The translations under genes were made by a program, and so were the position numbers. Of a stretch of 64,000 bases of DNA, positions 37,892-48,461 are shown piece by piece. Position 1 is the first letter of the stretch; each line of letters opens with the position of its first letter. Origin of the DNA: an uncultured virus (IMG/VR IMGVR_UViG_3300021599_002910). Its lineage: Duplodnaviria; Heunggongvirae; Uroviricota; Caudoviricetes. The DNA lies in the IMG/VR virus record IMGVR_UViG_3300021599_002910, positions 1-64,000 of that record; one strand, 5' to 3'. The notes beneath the pieces were generated by a model. That model was not told where the DNA came from, ran no database searches, and worked only from the letters and a program-made list of their open reading frames with translations.

Positions 37892-38206
37892 ATGAGCACA
37901 ATACCCAAAGCGTTAGTCCATGTTAATACATCATTTGCTGTAGAGCCAACCGAAGAACAACTTTTGGAATTTTACAAAGATTATGGTTTCGAAACAATCG
38001 ATGATATTTTAGAAGGTCACGGTGGTGGAGACTGGGATGAAGTAATCCGTGAATGGTTCGTTAATACTTATTATGGTCAAGATTATAGAGAATTATGTGA
38101 GAAGAAAAATATTTTAAGATATGAATCCGATAATCAAGAAGACGAGGTAGAGATTCTTGATAATGAAGAGTGGGATGAACTAAAATCAAACGATTTAATT
38201 TTTTAA
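37892..38206 (+). CDS. acidic hypothetical protein
   Basis: ORF. Confidence 0.7.
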   Translation: MSTIPKALVHVNTSFAVEPTEEQLLEFYKDYGFETIDDILEGHGGGDWDEVIREWFVNTYYGQDYRELCEKKNILRYESDNQEDEVEILDNEEWDELKSNDLIF

Positions 38207-38208
38207 TT

Positions 38209-38799
38209 ATGGCAGAATATTCAAAAAAATGGAAAACCTCCTTTGAGAAAAAATTCTCAAAAGCTCTGAATCAAATTAGAGAACTCGAGACCGAGTATAA
38301 AGAAATGGTTGAATCCAATCCTGATGAGTGGGACCTAAACTATCTATTCGTGGATAATGGAACACTTGAATATGACAATGGGGCAAACCTTACTGTCTAT
38401 CACTACGATGGGGCAGAGGAAGGTTCAAAAGAATATATTGAAATTGGAATGGACGGTTCCAAAGCTTCAAGTTATTCATTCAAGTTTTATTCTCTAAAAG
38501 AACTCATTGAATTTAGAAACAAACTAACAGAGGCAATTGATAACTTCAAAAGAGTTCCTGAGGAAACAAAAGAAATTATCACTGACGACTGTGAGGATGA
38601 AGAAGGTTGGGAGGATAACGAAGAAGAAGAATATACAATTCAAGCTTCAAGAACATGTGTTCAAACTTGGACTCATACTGTGATGGCTAGGTCATCTTGT
38701 GAAGCATATAGAAAAGTTCAAGAAGACCTCGATGGTTCAACTCATGATGAAAATGATGACTATGACAATTACGGTAACATTGATTATGAAGTAATTTAA
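38209..38799 (+). CDS. acidic hypothetical protein
   Basis: ORF. Confidence 0.7.
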   Translation: MAEYSKKWKTSFEKKFSKALNQIRELETEYKEMVESNPDEWDLNYLFVDNGTLEYDNGANLTVYHYDGAEEGSKEYIEIGMDGSKASSYSFKFYSLKELIEFRNKLTEAIDNFKRVPEETKEIITDDCEDEEGWEDNEEEEYTIQASRTCVQTWTHTVMARSSCEAYRKVQEDLDGSTHDENDDYDNYGNIDYEVI

Positions 38800-38804
38800 A
38801 ACGT

Positions 38805-39104
38805 ATGAAAAATAAAGAATCCAATAGTCTCATCACCACACCTTCAGTAGATATGATGCAGAAATACCATAACATGGAAGATGTTATAAACGATTGCATC
38901 AGAGATTTGAATCTAAAAAAGATGGCATCTTTGACCAATATGGACGGGAAGAAAAATAGAGGTTTCATTAGACTTATCGTTAATTTCATTTCACGATTTC
39001 TTCCCTCAAGTAAATCTTTCAAAGAGGAAGCTAAACAATTGGATGAATGTATTAGAAAAAAATTTCCCGAGTTTGTCGATGACATGACAAAGTCAAAAGT
39101 CTGA
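38805..39104 (+). CDS. hypothetical protein
   Basis: ORF. Confidence 0.6.
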   Translation: MKNKESNSLITTPSVDMMQKYHNMEDVINDCIRDLNLKKMASLTNMDGKKNRGFIRLIVNFISRFLPSSKSFKEEAKQLDECIRKKFPEFVDDMTKSKV

Positions 39105-39117
39105 TATATTTATCTAC

Positions 39118-39513
39118 ATGGCAAAAAAACTAACTGAATCAGATTTAAATAGAATTGTAAAGAAAGTTTTACAAGAACAAGAAACAAACGAAGGTCCGTT
39201 CGACGCATTGGGTGATTTTTATAGAGGTGTTAAGGGTGTTAAAAGAGGATATGGAATGGATTATTTTCAGAACTTGTCAAGACTCGATAGACTGATTAAG
39301 AAATTAAAAAAATTAGATGAGCCGAATGTCAAAGTTATGACTGAGTTGGCATCCCTTAAAAATAAGGTATCTGGTCTGAACATGCCACAACCAAGAAAAC
39401 AAGCTCTCATGAATTTAATTGATAACTCAATTTATCATTTCAATTCTTACAACAAAATAAATGACCAAATAATTTCTCAAATTAGGACATTAAATTTGGA
39501 TAGTTGGAAGTAG
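39118..39513 (+). CDS. LTESDL-leader protein
   Basis: MAKKLTESDLNRIVKKVLQEQ. Confidence 0.75.
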   Translation: MAKKLTESDLNRIVKKVLQEQETNEGPFDALGDFYRGVKGVKRGYGMDYFQNLSRLDRLIKKLKKLDEPNVKVMTELASLKNKVSGLNMPQPRKQALMNLIDNSIYHFNSYNKINDQIISQIRTLNLDSWK

Positions 39514-39595
39514 TCAAACATAATTTTAAGAACCCCCCTCCTAAGTGAGGGGATTTTTTTTTATTTCAAATAGTATTTATAATAAAATAATTTAT

Positions 39596-39883
39596 ATGTC
39601 AAAAATAGTAAGATTGACCGAATCTGATTTGATAAGATTGGTTAAAAGAGTTTTAAAAGAACATGAACTTGATTCGTTGGATATGGGAACTGAAATGCCT
39701 AAAAGACACTTCATGAAAATGAAACCTGAAAACAGGGGTATTTTAGGTCACAGAGACAGTTGGTTTGATGAAGACGATAGACCTGTTGACCCTGAAGAAT
39801 TTGATTATGATGAAGAAATTGAGTTTGGACCAGATGACTTTGAAATGTATAAGAACATTACCCAAACAAAAAAAAGATTTTAA
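39596..39883 (+). CDS. LTESDL-leader protein
   Basis: MSKIVRLTESDLIRLVKRVLKE. Confidence 0.7.
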   Translation: MSKIVRLTESDLIRLVKRVLKEHELDSLDMGTEMPKRHFMKMKPENRGILGHRDSWFDEDDRPVDPEEFDYDEEIEFGPDDFEMYKNITQTKKRF

Positions 39884-39937
39884 CACAAACCCCTCTCACA
39901 AGGAGGGGTTTTTTATTTTTATTTCTATTTATTCTAT

Positions 39938-40264
39938 ATGGTGGATAAACAATTTTTGGAAAAATACATTAACAAACCAATAACAAAGTTATTGAACTCA
40001 TCTGTCATTATGAGTATCTATCCAATGATTGACCATATTGAAGTTTATGAGATTGGGGATATCAATAGATTGATATTAAGGATTTATGTAAATGATTCAG
40101 AGATGACAAAAGATAATATGTACCAGAGGGAATTAGACCCCCATTATTTGGTTGATTATCATACGATGAAGTATCTTCCTTATTTTGATATCCCACGAAA
40201 TTACAGGGTCGGATTCGTTGTAGTGGGAACTGACGGGAATGTTATCAACAGTAGTTTAGACTAA
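39938..40264 (+). CDS. hypothetical protein
   Basis: After TATTTAT; YPMIDHI...DPHYLVD. Confidence 0.7.
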   Translation: MVDKQFLEKYINKPITKLLNSSVIMSIYPMIDHIEVYEIGDINRLILRIYVNDSEMTKDNMYQRELDPHYLVDYHTMKYLPYFDIPRNYRVGFVVVGTDGNVINSSLD

Positions 40265-40275
40265 TATTTATTTTT

Positions 40276-40740
40276 ATGAATCTTTACGAGGACATAACAA
40301 GAATTAAAGAAATCATGGGTGTTGATTCAGAAGTGGAGAACTTTTCTCCATCAGAATTTGCATGTTATGTGAAGAATTCAGGAATCAGGTTTCCTGAAAT
40401 AGCAATTGCCCAAGCAATATTAGAAACAGGTCATTTCGAAAGTGAAATATTCAAAGCCAATAATAATTGTTTTGGTATGAAATACGCCAAAATTAGACCG
40501 AAGACGGCTACTGGTGAATATAGGGGTCACGCAAGATATGACAATTGGAAACAATCTGTTGAAGATTACAAGTTATGGCAGGATTTTAGAAAAATTGAAA
40601 GTATAGGTGGTGAGGAAGATTATTATAAATTATTAGATAGAGTTTATTGTCCTAAACCACAATGTAAGGCTGGCACTTATTCTGTCAAAGTAAAATCTTT
40701 GATTTCACAGGCTAAAGATTTTATGAATTCATGTAATTAA
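40276..40740 (+). CDS. glucosaminidase (GH73-like) with MNL.EDI leader
   Basis: AIAQAILETG...NNCFGMK...Y..W..SV.DY. Confidence 0.8.
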   Translation: MNLYEDITRIKEIMGVDSEVENFSPSEFACYVKNSGIRFPEIAIAQAILETGHFESEIFKANNNCFGMKYAKIRPKTATGEYRGHARYDNWKQSVEDYKLWQDFRKIESIGGEEDYYKLLDRVYCPKPQCKAGTYSVKVKSLISQAKDFMNSCN

Positions 40741-40790
40741 TCAAAATTGATTTTTTTATATTATATTTATAGATATAAAATCAATTTACT

Positions 40791-41612
40791 ATGAGAAAGC
40801 TTATTCTGATTTTTGAAATGGTATTATTGATGCCATTGTTCGTATTCTCTCAAACATCATCTTGGAGAACATCTCCGCCATCACAATCAAGTACACAGTC
40901 AACTTCGAGAACTTCGACAACATCATCGAATACAACAAGTAATTGGAGAAACTCTACTCCAACTGAATTCAATAAACCAAGGTCTAACCAGCCTGTTGTG
41001 GTTCGTGACCCATGGTTTGATGGATGGGGATGGAATAGATGGAATATGTGGGGAGCACCGACATTTGGGTGGAATAGTTTTTCACCTATGTGGTATTTTA
41101 ATGATTGGGGTTATAGACAACCAGCAAGAATTTATTACTACAACGACGGAAGGCGTGACACAATTAGAGGAAAAAAACCAATCATGAGTTTTGGTCTTCA
41201 CCATACCACAAATAATCAGATGGGTGCGTTTTTTACAATAGGTAATAAAGGTTATTTCGTTTTTGATTTCAACACAACATATCGAAGAGACCGTTCAACA
41301 TATTTTCCGTATGGGACCATTAATTTAGTAGATTTCCCTCTCATCTCAGATTTAGTCAAACAAAATAGTTTTTATATCGGAGCAGGAAAGAGGATTAATA
41401 GATTTGGAGTTCATGCTATGGTTGGACTTGCAAATGAAAGAATACTCTATAGAGGAAAAGATGATGTTGGGGAAATAACTTTTCCCAAATCGAAAGACAA
41501 CTTTGTCACATTCAAATTTGGTGGTATGAAGGATTTTAAAAACTTCACTCTGAAATTAGATTATGACCCCGTGGTAAAATACGGACAGTTCGGAGCGGGT
41601 ATTAATTTTTAG
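40791..41612 (+). CDS. secreted protein with probable C-terminal outer-membrane beta-barrel
   Basis: Signal peptide, Ser/Thr linker, Trp-rich segment, amphipathic strands, terminal GINF. Confidence 0.6.
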   Translation: MRKLILIFEMVLLMPLFVFSQTSSWRTSPPSQSSTQSTSRTSTTSSNTTSNWRNSTPTEFNKPRSNQPVVVRDPWFDGWGWNRWNMWGAPTFGWNSFSPMWYFNDWGYRQPARIYYYNDGRRDTIRGKKPIMSFGLHHTTNNQMGAFFTIGNKGYFVFDFNTTYRRDRSTYFPYGTINLVDFPLISDLVKQNSFYIGAGKRINRFGVHAMVGLANERILYRGKDDVGEITFPKSKDNFVTFKFGGMKDFKNFTLKLDYDPVVKYGQFGAGINF

Positions 41613-41629
41613 TTGAATATTTATAATTA

Positions 41630-41980
41630 ATGTCCAAAAAATTTATCATATCCGAAACCCAATACAATTTTTTAATCGAAGACTATCAAATAAGATTAAG
41701 GAGACGATTATCTAAAGATAATATCGAACCCTTCATTCGTAATGCAGAATTAGATTTTCCAACATTGTGTGATGATTTCGGAGATGAGTTCGATTATGCA
41801 GATAATGTAATTAGAATAGCGATAGATGATTTCCTGACCAAAGATGAAGATTTTGTCGATTCCTTAGGGGATGATTATGATGATGTTTATAGTTATGTTA
41901 CTGATGTTGTTAAAGATTGGTTTGGTGAATATCTATTCGAAATTTATCGTATGACCTGTCCAGAAGAGGACTACAATTAA
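41630..41980 (+). CDS. IISE-leader acidic protein
   Basis: MSKKFIISETQY...LIE. Confidence 0.7.
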   Translation: MSKKFIISETQYNFLIEDYQIRLRRRLSKDNIEPFIRNAELDFPTLCDDFGDEFDYADNVIRIAIDDFLTKDEDFVDSLGDDYDDVYSYVTDVVKDWFGEYLFEIYRMTCPEEDYN

Positions 41981-41993
41981 TATTTATTTTTTC

Positions 41994-42311
41994 ATGGATA
42001 GAGATTTTGTCATATCAATAATTAAATTTTTAAATCGAATTGGTGCAACTGTCAATATTGAACTGGAAAGACGATATATGAACAGGCAAGGCAATCAAGT
42101 GGTTTGTATGAAAGTTGAAGTTAAATTAAAGGGTAAGACCAATTATTTACAATATCACTGTTATACTATTAAAAATGGTAAAATTACTTACGATGAGGGA
42201 AATGAGGTTGTGCCTATAAAAAATGGTATATTAGCTTATTTGGGTAATAATAAAGATGTTGATAACTATTTTGACAATTTGGCAAGAACTGAAGCAAAAA
42301 AATATTTTTAG
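41994..42311 (+). CDS. hypothetical protein
   Basis: After TATTTAT. Confidence 0.65.
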   Translation: MDRDFVISIIKFLNRIGATVNIELERRYMNRQGNQVVCMKVEVKLKGKTNYLQYHCYTIKNGKITYDEGNEVVPIKNGILAYLGNNKDVDNYFDNLARTEAKKYF

Positions 42312-42421
42312 AATAAGAAATTGTAATTGTAATCCCTTCATAAATCTTGAGGGGATTTTTTATTTAAATGATTGTCCTTCGTCAATACAAAAATATTTAT
42401 TGGTAAGTAAATTACCAAAAT

Positions 42422-42673
42422 ATGAAAAAATTTTTCTCACAGTTGTTTAACGACAACAACTCAATCAATGAAAAAAGTGTCGTTGGATTTTTAGCTTTTG
42501 TAATGATGACAGGGTTTGCGATTGCAGACATCGTAACTGGTTCTTTAGGAAAAGACCTTGTTATCAATGAATTCATCTTCAATGCATTTTTATGGTTGGT
42601 TCTCGGTTCTTTCGGAATCGGTTCAATCGACAAATGGATTAACAAGGGCAAACCTGACGTTACTGAAGAGTAA
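42422..42673 (+). CDS. two-TM membrane protein (holin-like)
   Basis: Two hydrophobic segments, charged ends. Confidence 0.55.
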   Translation: MKKFFSQLFNDNNSINEKSVVGFLAFVMMTGFAIADIVTGSLGKDLVINEFIFNAFLWLVLGSFGIGSIDKWINKGKPDVTEE

Positions 42674-42682
42674 ACTAACTAA

Positions 42683-43143
42683 TCCCCACTCACAAGGTGG
42701 GGATTTTTATTTATTTGAGATATTTATTATCAAAATAATAATATGTCGAAGAAAATAGTAAGATTAACAGAATCTGACATGATAAGATTAGTAAAAAAGG
42801 TAATTAAAGAACAAGATGAGTATAGATTAGATGAGCCACATTATCAGTTCGATAAAAAAAATGGGCTTGTTTTGATGGTGGGTGCAAGTTCAAAACAAGT
42901 TAGAAAAATATTAACAAACTTACCAAGCACTTTGACATACTTATCCCTGAGGGATTGTGATTTCGCTGATTTTGATGGTATTGATTTATGTTCATTTGAT
43001 GAATTAAAGAATGTGAACTTAATAGACACTGAAAACAATTTTGAGGAACAAGGTTATGAGTGTTTGAATATGTGGGATGAAAGAGGTCAATATAATTAAT
43101 GATTAATTAAGATAAATTAGGTCCCCACTCACAAGGTGGGGAT
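42683..43143 (+). repeat. identical terminators flanking one gene
   Basis: TCCCCACTCACAAGGTGGGGA at 42683 and 43122. Confidence 0.75.
42743..43099 (+). CDS. LTESD-leader protein with LRR-like segment
   Basis: Leader; LPSTLTYLSL...LKNVNL. Confidence 0.7.
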   Translation: MSKKIVRLTESDMIRLVKKVIKEQDEYRLDEPHYQFDKKNGLVLMVGASSKQVRKILTNLPSTLTYLSLRDCDFADFDGIDLCSFDELKNVNLIDTENNFEEQGYECLNMWDERGQYN

Positions 43144-43174
43144 TTTAGTTTTTTTTAATGGATATTTATAAATT

Positions 43175-43549
43175 ATGAAATACACTATTTCTGAATCAAG
43201 ACTCAAACAAACAATCATCAATTACTTAGATGAATTGTTTCCACTCGAGGACATCAATTGGCATCATCCGTATGAATATGATGATGAGACGGGTGAAGAA
43301 TTTGAATCTGATACTTTAATAGAATATTATCGAGGTGATTTTGATGCGGGTGATGACATATGTTTTAGATATTATTTCTGTGAGTATTTCACACAAGGAA
43401 GTAATGCACGTGACATATGTCCAACAGTTTCACTTGAAACCCAATATGAAAGGATACTAGATGGATATTTCGGAGATACTTGGAGAGCACCATTCAAGAT
43501 ATGGTTCAAAGAAAGATTCGAATTACCTGTAAAAAAAATTGATTTTTAA
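43175..43549 (+). CDS. small paralog family protein
   Basis: MKYTISESRL; L.GYFG..W...F..WF..F. Confidence 0.75.
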   Translation: MKYTISESRLKQTIINYLDELFPLEDINWHHPYEYDDETGEEFESDTLIEYYRGDFDAGDDICFRYYFCEYFTQGSNARDICPTVSLETQYERILDGYFGDTWRAPFKIWFKERFELPVKKIDF

Positions 43550-43881
43550 TGGATTATACAATATCAAAAGATAGATTGGTAAGACTAATTAAAACTATGA
43601 TTAATTTAGTTAGACCAAATTTTAGTGACGAAAATGCTAAGGTTGCCACCTATAGTGATGGGGATGATACATACATCAGATATTATAACAAGGACAAAAA
43701 ATCATATCACAATGGTCAACCTGAAACTTTTGCCCGTTATTATGTTTGGAAAAAAGAATTGGTATTGGACCAAGATTTATTTATAACGTTGGAGGATTAT
43801 TTCGGAAGTGAGGGAATGACATTCATTATCGATTGGTTTAATGATGAATTTAAACAAGATGCAGAAAGCGTTACTTTTTAA
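43549..43881 (+). CDS. small paralog family protein
   Basis: MDYTISKDRL; LEDYFG....IIDWFN. Confidence 0.75.
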   Translation: MDYTISKDRLVRLIKTMINLVRPNFSDENAKVATYSDGDDTYIRYYNKDKKSYHNGQPETFARYYVWKKELVLDQDLFITLEDYFGSEGMTFIIDWFNDEFKQDAESVTF

Positions 43882-43892
43882 AAAAAAACAAA

Positions 43893-44294
43893 ATGGGTTG
43901 GAATAGTGAATATAAACAGGAAGAAATAGTTGCAGACTATACAAAGCCATTGAAAAAGATATGGGATTCACTGATGCCCACGTCATATCCATATGTTCTT
44001 GAATTTGAAACTCATAAGGTAGTTGAAGTTAAACAAGTTAGGAGTATAGGACCATATTCCATGGTTGAAAATTTTATAGACTATGATTGTTCTCTGACGA
44101 TTGATAACCAACCATTAATTGATTTAGGATGGGATGGCGGAAACATAAGTGCAGAAATGACAAAGAAAGCATACGGTGAACTTTATTTCCACGAACTAAG
44201 GGCAAAAATGACCGAGTTGATGAAATATGCCGGATTGAAATTTAGTAGTTTTGATGCCGGTGGAACCTTAAATGCAAAAGCCAAAGAAATTTAG
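43893..44294 (+). CDS. hypothetical protein
   Basis: ORF in operon. Confidence 0.7.
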   Translation: MGWNSEYKQEEIVADYTKPLKKIWDSLMPTSYPYVLEFETHKVVEVKQVRSIGPYSMVENFIDYDCSLTIDNQPLIDLGWDGGNISAEMTKKAYGELYFHELRAKMTELMKYAGLKFSSFDAGGTLNAKAKEI

Positions 44295-44584
44295 TGAATA
44301 CTTTCGATGACATATTGAAACAAAGAGAAAAAATCGCAAAAATGATTCAAACTATCACAGATGGTGAAATTATAGATTTTGATTTTATAGTTGACCATTT
44401 AACCATGGGTGGTAGACCAAGTATGGTTACAATTATGTTAGGAGTTCCAGGTAAAGTAAAAAAACAATATGATGGGGACATGGATTCACTTTTAAATAAA
44501 CATGAAGACAACATAAGACAGGTTATTTCCTCTTTCGGGTTTCCTGAATTATTCACGAGGTCTATAAGATGGATGATTTTATGA
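44294..44584 (+). CDS. hypothetical protein
   Basis: TAGTG coupling. Confidence 0.65.
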   Translation: MNTFDDILKQREKIAKMIQTITDGEIIDFDFIVDHLTMGGRPSMVTIMLGVPGKVKKQYDGDMDSLLNKHEDNIRQVISSFGFPELFTRSIRWMIL

Positions 44585-44597
44585 GTATTTATTTAAT

Positions 44598-45464
44598 ATG
44601 AAGAAGTTAAGGTTATCTGAGTCAGAACTTGTATCTTTGATTCATTCAATTATGGAAGAAAACAATACCGTCGATTTCAATTATGTGGACGATTTAGATT
44701 ATTATGATGCTCTTTTCATAATGTTCAGAAATTGGGTAAACACAAATCTTCCTGACTCAGAAAAAGATGCACCAATATCATATCTATTAGAAAAATATGG
44801 AAAGAAATTTATCCAAGAACTAATTGGTGATGACCCCATGTTTTCCAATGACAATTTTGAAATAAGTAGATGGAGTATACCTCGTATTGTTCAATCAATC
44901 GTAAAAAAGGGTTTATACAAATTACCATCGAAAAGAAAATATGAAAAATTTACCGAAAGATTCAAAAGACCCATCAAGTATTTCATTGATGAATTGAATC
45001 TACCTCCATGGGCAAACATCGAATTAATAGAAAATTCTCCTTATAAAGTTAACTTCAAAGTGGTCTTAGATTTTCCTGAAATGGTTAAAAGTGAAGAGAC
45101 TCGAAGTGTTTATCCTAGCAACCTCGAGAGAGAGTTTACAAAATTTGCCGAGAGTTTTTTGGGTGTGGAATTCGGAAATCCAAACCATGGTCATTTAGAT
45201 ATTGATAGATTGGGAACAGAATACAAAAACTTGGATTCTTGGGTCAAAACCGTTCTGAATAAAGAAATTAAAACAAAAATTCGTTCACTTCCTTACGGTA
45301 AATATGTTCACTCGATGAAGTTTGAACCTAAAGAAACTATGAGTAGTTTGAAAATTGTGTTCAAATCAACAGCACCTTGGAATGCCAGTAAAAGTGATTT
45401 CAAACAACAAGTCACCAAGTTGTTGAATGATTCAGGTTATAAAAAAATTAGAGTAGAATACTAA
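44598..45464 (+). CDS. LSESEL-leader protein
   Basis: MKKLRLSESELVSLIHSIMEE. Confidence 0.75.
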   Translation: MKKLRLSESELVSLIHSIMEENNTVDFNYVDDLDYYDALFIMFRNWVNTNLPDSEKDAPISYLLEKYGKKFIQELIGDDPMFSNDNFEISRWSIPRIVQSIVKKGLYKLPSKRKYEKFTERFKRPIKYFIDELNLPPWANIELIENSPYKVNFKVVLDFPEMVKSEETRSVYPSNLEREFTKFAESFLGVEFGNPNHGHLDIDRLGTEYKNLDSWVKTVLNKEIKTKIRSLPYGKYVHSMKFEPKETMSSLKIVFKSTAPWNASKSDFKQQVTKLLNDSGYKKIRVEY

Positions 45465-45468
45465 AAAT

Positions 45469-45921
45469 ATGAAATACATAATTACTGAGGCACAATATAA
45501 AAAATTGATTTCCGAACAAGGAACAACCACAACATATGGTGACCAAATCAAATCAACAACACAATCCACAACTAGCCCAAGATATGAATATGGTCAACAA
45601 ATAAAGTTGGGTGGTTCATCTGCAACTACGGCAACTCAATCCACCACATCCTCACCGTCACAACCTAAATTAGAACCTGTTAATATTAAATTTTTTTATG
45701 ATACAGATGAAAAAAAATTCGCAGGTAATTATCCGGTAAGAAGTGCCGTTCAAACTACAAACAAACTCATTGAACTTGATTTGGGTTCTTTCAAAGTTTA
45801 TACCGATTGTAATAGAATTTTAAAAAAAGATTCTTCCTTCGATTACGAAAAAACTAAGCTATATTCTAAAGAATTGGCAATTAAGGTTGGTGAAACATTC
45901 AACTGTAAGTTTCCGAATTAA
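45469..45921 (+). CDS. MKYIITE-leader protein, Thr/Ser-rich
   Basis: Leader; STTQSTTSP repeat. Confidence 0.7.
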   Translation: MKYIITEAQYKKLISEQGTTTTYGDQIKSTTQSTTSPRYEYGQQIKLGGSSATTATQSTTSSPSQPKLEPVNIKFFYDTDEKKFAGNYPVRSAVQTTNKLIELDLGSFKVYTDCNRILKKDSSFDYEKTKLYSKELAIKVGETFNCKFPN

Positions 45922-45985
45922 TCTTAAACCCCTTTCGGTTATTTAACCATAATTTATTTGTGGGGGATTATGGTATTTATATTCT

Positions 45986-46981
45986 ATGAAGTATAAAATT
46001 TCAAATAGACTTTTTGAACAATTTGATAAAGTTCTCGAACCAAAAGTTATAAAATTATTTAAGTTTCTCAACGAGGAAAAGAAAAAACACAAGACACGTG
46101 CTAAACTTTTGGATGTAATCAAAAATGTTTCTCAATACATGGGTCTACCGGAAGGACATGAATTATACCTCCTCGAACTTTATCTTCTTAATTACAGAAA
46201 AGACGGCGATTATAAAAATCTTACGAAAGAAAATTTTGTTGACCCAAGAAAAATGAAAGGAAAGTGGACTTCAAACACAAAAGCCAATTCATATACCATA
46301 GCCCAACTCCCCTTCAAAGGTACGAATCTTGAGGGTTTTTGGTCTTTCGATGACAACAGAACTCCTTATTATATTGTAAAATCATATGGGTGGTATCCGA
46401 TTTATATTTACAAAAATGATAGATGGTATGAGGTTGCTGAACATTATTCGTCTTCAACAGGTAGACAAATGAGTAATTCGAATCCAGTTGCATGGAATGA
46501 AAATTTGGATGGAAAAGTTTTTTTACTTACAAAAGAAGAAATGAAAACGTTGCAAAGAGATGGGACCCATGATGATATTATTCGAAACAAAAAAAAATCA
46601 CTCAAATCTAAGGAATCAGAATTTCAGAATAAAAGAATGTCCTCAGCCAAACAATATTCGTGGGCGTGGGATGAAGAAATGCAAAATACCCCTTTTATCG
46701 CAAAATTCAAAATCAATTCAATTGATGATTCATCCGATAAGTTAAAAGTAATTGTTGACATATACGATGTATTGGATTTGGTTGGTGGAAAAGGTCAGAA
46801 GACCACAAAAAATTATCTTAAAGGGGAAATGGGAGATGTAACAATTCAAGATGTGGAGAAAGTCGTAAAAACAAAATTGAATGGTCAGTTAAGGTCTTTC
46901 ATAGGTCCAAGGTATACATATAATAAGGAGTTACCTCAATCTTCCCTTATAGAATACGAATTTAATCATTTGAAAAAATAA
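45986..46981 (+). CDS. hypothetical protein with leader
   Basis: PFKG.NL.G...Y.V.SYGWYP....W...YS.ST. Confidence 0.75.
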   Translation: MKYKISNRLFEQFDKVLEPKVIKLFKFLNEEKKKHKTRAKLLDVIKNVSQYMGLPEGHELYLLELYLLNYRKDGDYKNLTKENFVDPRKMKGKWTSNTKANSYTIAQLPFKGTNLEGFWSFDDNRTPYYIVKSYGWYPIYIYKNDRWYEVAEHYSSSTGRQMSNSNPVAWNENLDGKVFLLTKEEMKTLQRDGTHDDIIRNKKKSLKSKESEFQNKRMSSAKQYSWAWDEEMQNTPFIAKFKINSIDDSSDKLKVIVDIYDVLDLVGGKGQKTTKNYLKGEMGDVTIQDVEKVVKTKLNGQLRSFIGPRYTYNKELPQSSLIEYEFNHLKK

Positions 46982-47003
46982 ATTTATTTTTTATTTTTAT
47001 TGT

Positions 47004-47348
47004 ATGATAGGACAAAATTTTGAAAAGTTTTTTTCAATTGGTCCAATTACAATAGGACCTACAATTATCTCTCTATCCACAGACGGTAATGTCTTGGGAA
47101 AAATTCAATTGCTCTCCACTCGTAAAGACATATTCCTTTCAAACAAAATGTCCACAGTTTTAATAAGAGAATTCAATAATTGTGTGAGTGAAGATTTATT
47201 CAATGCATTGCAATATCTATCAATTGATAAAGTGAAATTTGATTTTTTTATGAATCAATTGTTCATTCTCGAATGGGAAAGTAATCATGAATTTAATAAA
47301 CCAGATATTTCAATTTTGAAAAAAAGAGCCTATATTTTCCCAAAGTAA
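47004..47348 (+). CDS. hypothetical protein
   Basis: ORF. Confidence 0.55.
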   Translation: MIGQNFEKFFSIGPITIGPTIISLSTDGNVLGKIQLLSTRKDIFLSNKMSTVLIREFNNCVSEDLFNALQYLSIDKVKFDFFMNQLFILEWESNHEFNKPDISILKKRAYIFPK

Positions 47349-47353
47349 ATCAA

Positions 47354-47986
47354 TTGCTAAACGATAAAAAATATTGGATTAACATTTCTGAAGAACATGG
47401 ATATTTCTTTTGGTCTCCAGCAAAAACAGGCTCAGTCCATGCAAATGTAATTTTTTCCTGTTTGAATTTTGTATCTTATTTATCAAATTACGATAGGAAA
47501 ATAAATCACGATTATTCAGAATTTCCTGTTCATCACCACAATTTAAATCTTTTTGAAAATCATCAGAATTATAAATTGATTTGTACTGCTCGTAATCCCT
47601 TAAATCGAATTTTTTCATCTTTTCTTTACACCTATAGACAAAGAGAAAAATTGATTACAAAAAGTGAGTTTTATAAATTTTATATCACGAACATCGACGA
47701 TACAGAAAGTTTATGGTTTTCGGGAATGGATTTTACAGAGAGAAAACCTGATTACTTTATAAGGCTCGAACACTTGTTTTCCGACTACATGAAGATTTCG
47801 TTTATATCCGAAAGTAAATTTGCTAAATCAGGATTTTTAGAAGAGCTTTGTAGAAAAAAGAAAAATCCAACCAAAATTGAAAATTATAACATTGAAGATT
47901 TTTTTACAACGGATATGGTTAGTGATGTTTATCAGAGGTTTCAAAAATACTTTGATGAGTTAGATTATAAACCTATTTTGAAGTAA
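47354..47986 (+). CDS. sulfotransferase-family protein
   Basis: AKTGS, ARNPLNRIFS, DYFIRLE; paralog of 15591. Confidence 0.7.
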   Translation: MLNDKKYWINISEEHGYFFWSPAKTGSVHANVIFSCLNFVSYLSNYDRKINHDYSEFPVHHHNLNLFENHQNYKLICTARNPLNRIFSSFLYTYRQREKLITKSEFYKFYITNIDDTESLWFSGMDFTERKPDYFIRLEHLFSDYMKISFISESKFAKSGFLEELCRKKKNPTKIENYNIEDFFTTDMVSDVYQRFQKYFDELDYKPILK

Positions 47987-48027
47987 AACTTGTCAATCTC
48001 CAAACAATTTTTTAAATTTTATATATT

Positions 48028-48459
48028 ATGACAAAAGTAAAAATTTCAACCCAAAAAGGGGACATGGTTGCCAGATTGTATGATGACGCAACACCAATTA
48101 CCGTAAAAAACTTTATAGATTTAATCGAAAAGAAGTTTTATGATGGTCTAAATTTTCATAGAGTTATTCCAGGATTTGTTATCCAAGGAGGATGTCCGAA
48201 AGGGGATGGAACTGGTGGACCTGGATATTCAATCCACTGTGAAGTCTCGGCTCCAAATCAATTTCATGACAAAGGTGTTTTATCTATGGCACATGCAGGT
48301 AGAAACACAGGAGGTTCTCAATTCTTCATATGTCATAATAGACAAAATACCCAACATCTTGATAGAAACCACACTTGTTTCGGAAAAGTTGTTGAGGGAC
48401 TCGATATTGTCGACCAAATCCAACCAGGAGACAAAATAAATTCAATTTCAATAATCTAA
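48028..48459 (+). CDS. cyclophilin-type peptidyl-prolyl isomerase
   Basis: FHRVIPGFVIQGG, LSMAHAG, GSQFFI, HLD..HT.FGKV. Confidence 0.95.
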   Translation: MTKVKISTQKGDMVARLYDDATPITVKNFIDLIEKKFYDGLNFHRVIPGFVIQGGCPKGDGTGGPGYSIHCEVSAPNQFHDKGVLSMAHAGRNTGGSQFFICHNRQNTQHLDRNHTCFGKVVEGLDIVDQIQPGDKINSISII

Positions 48460-48461
48460 TA

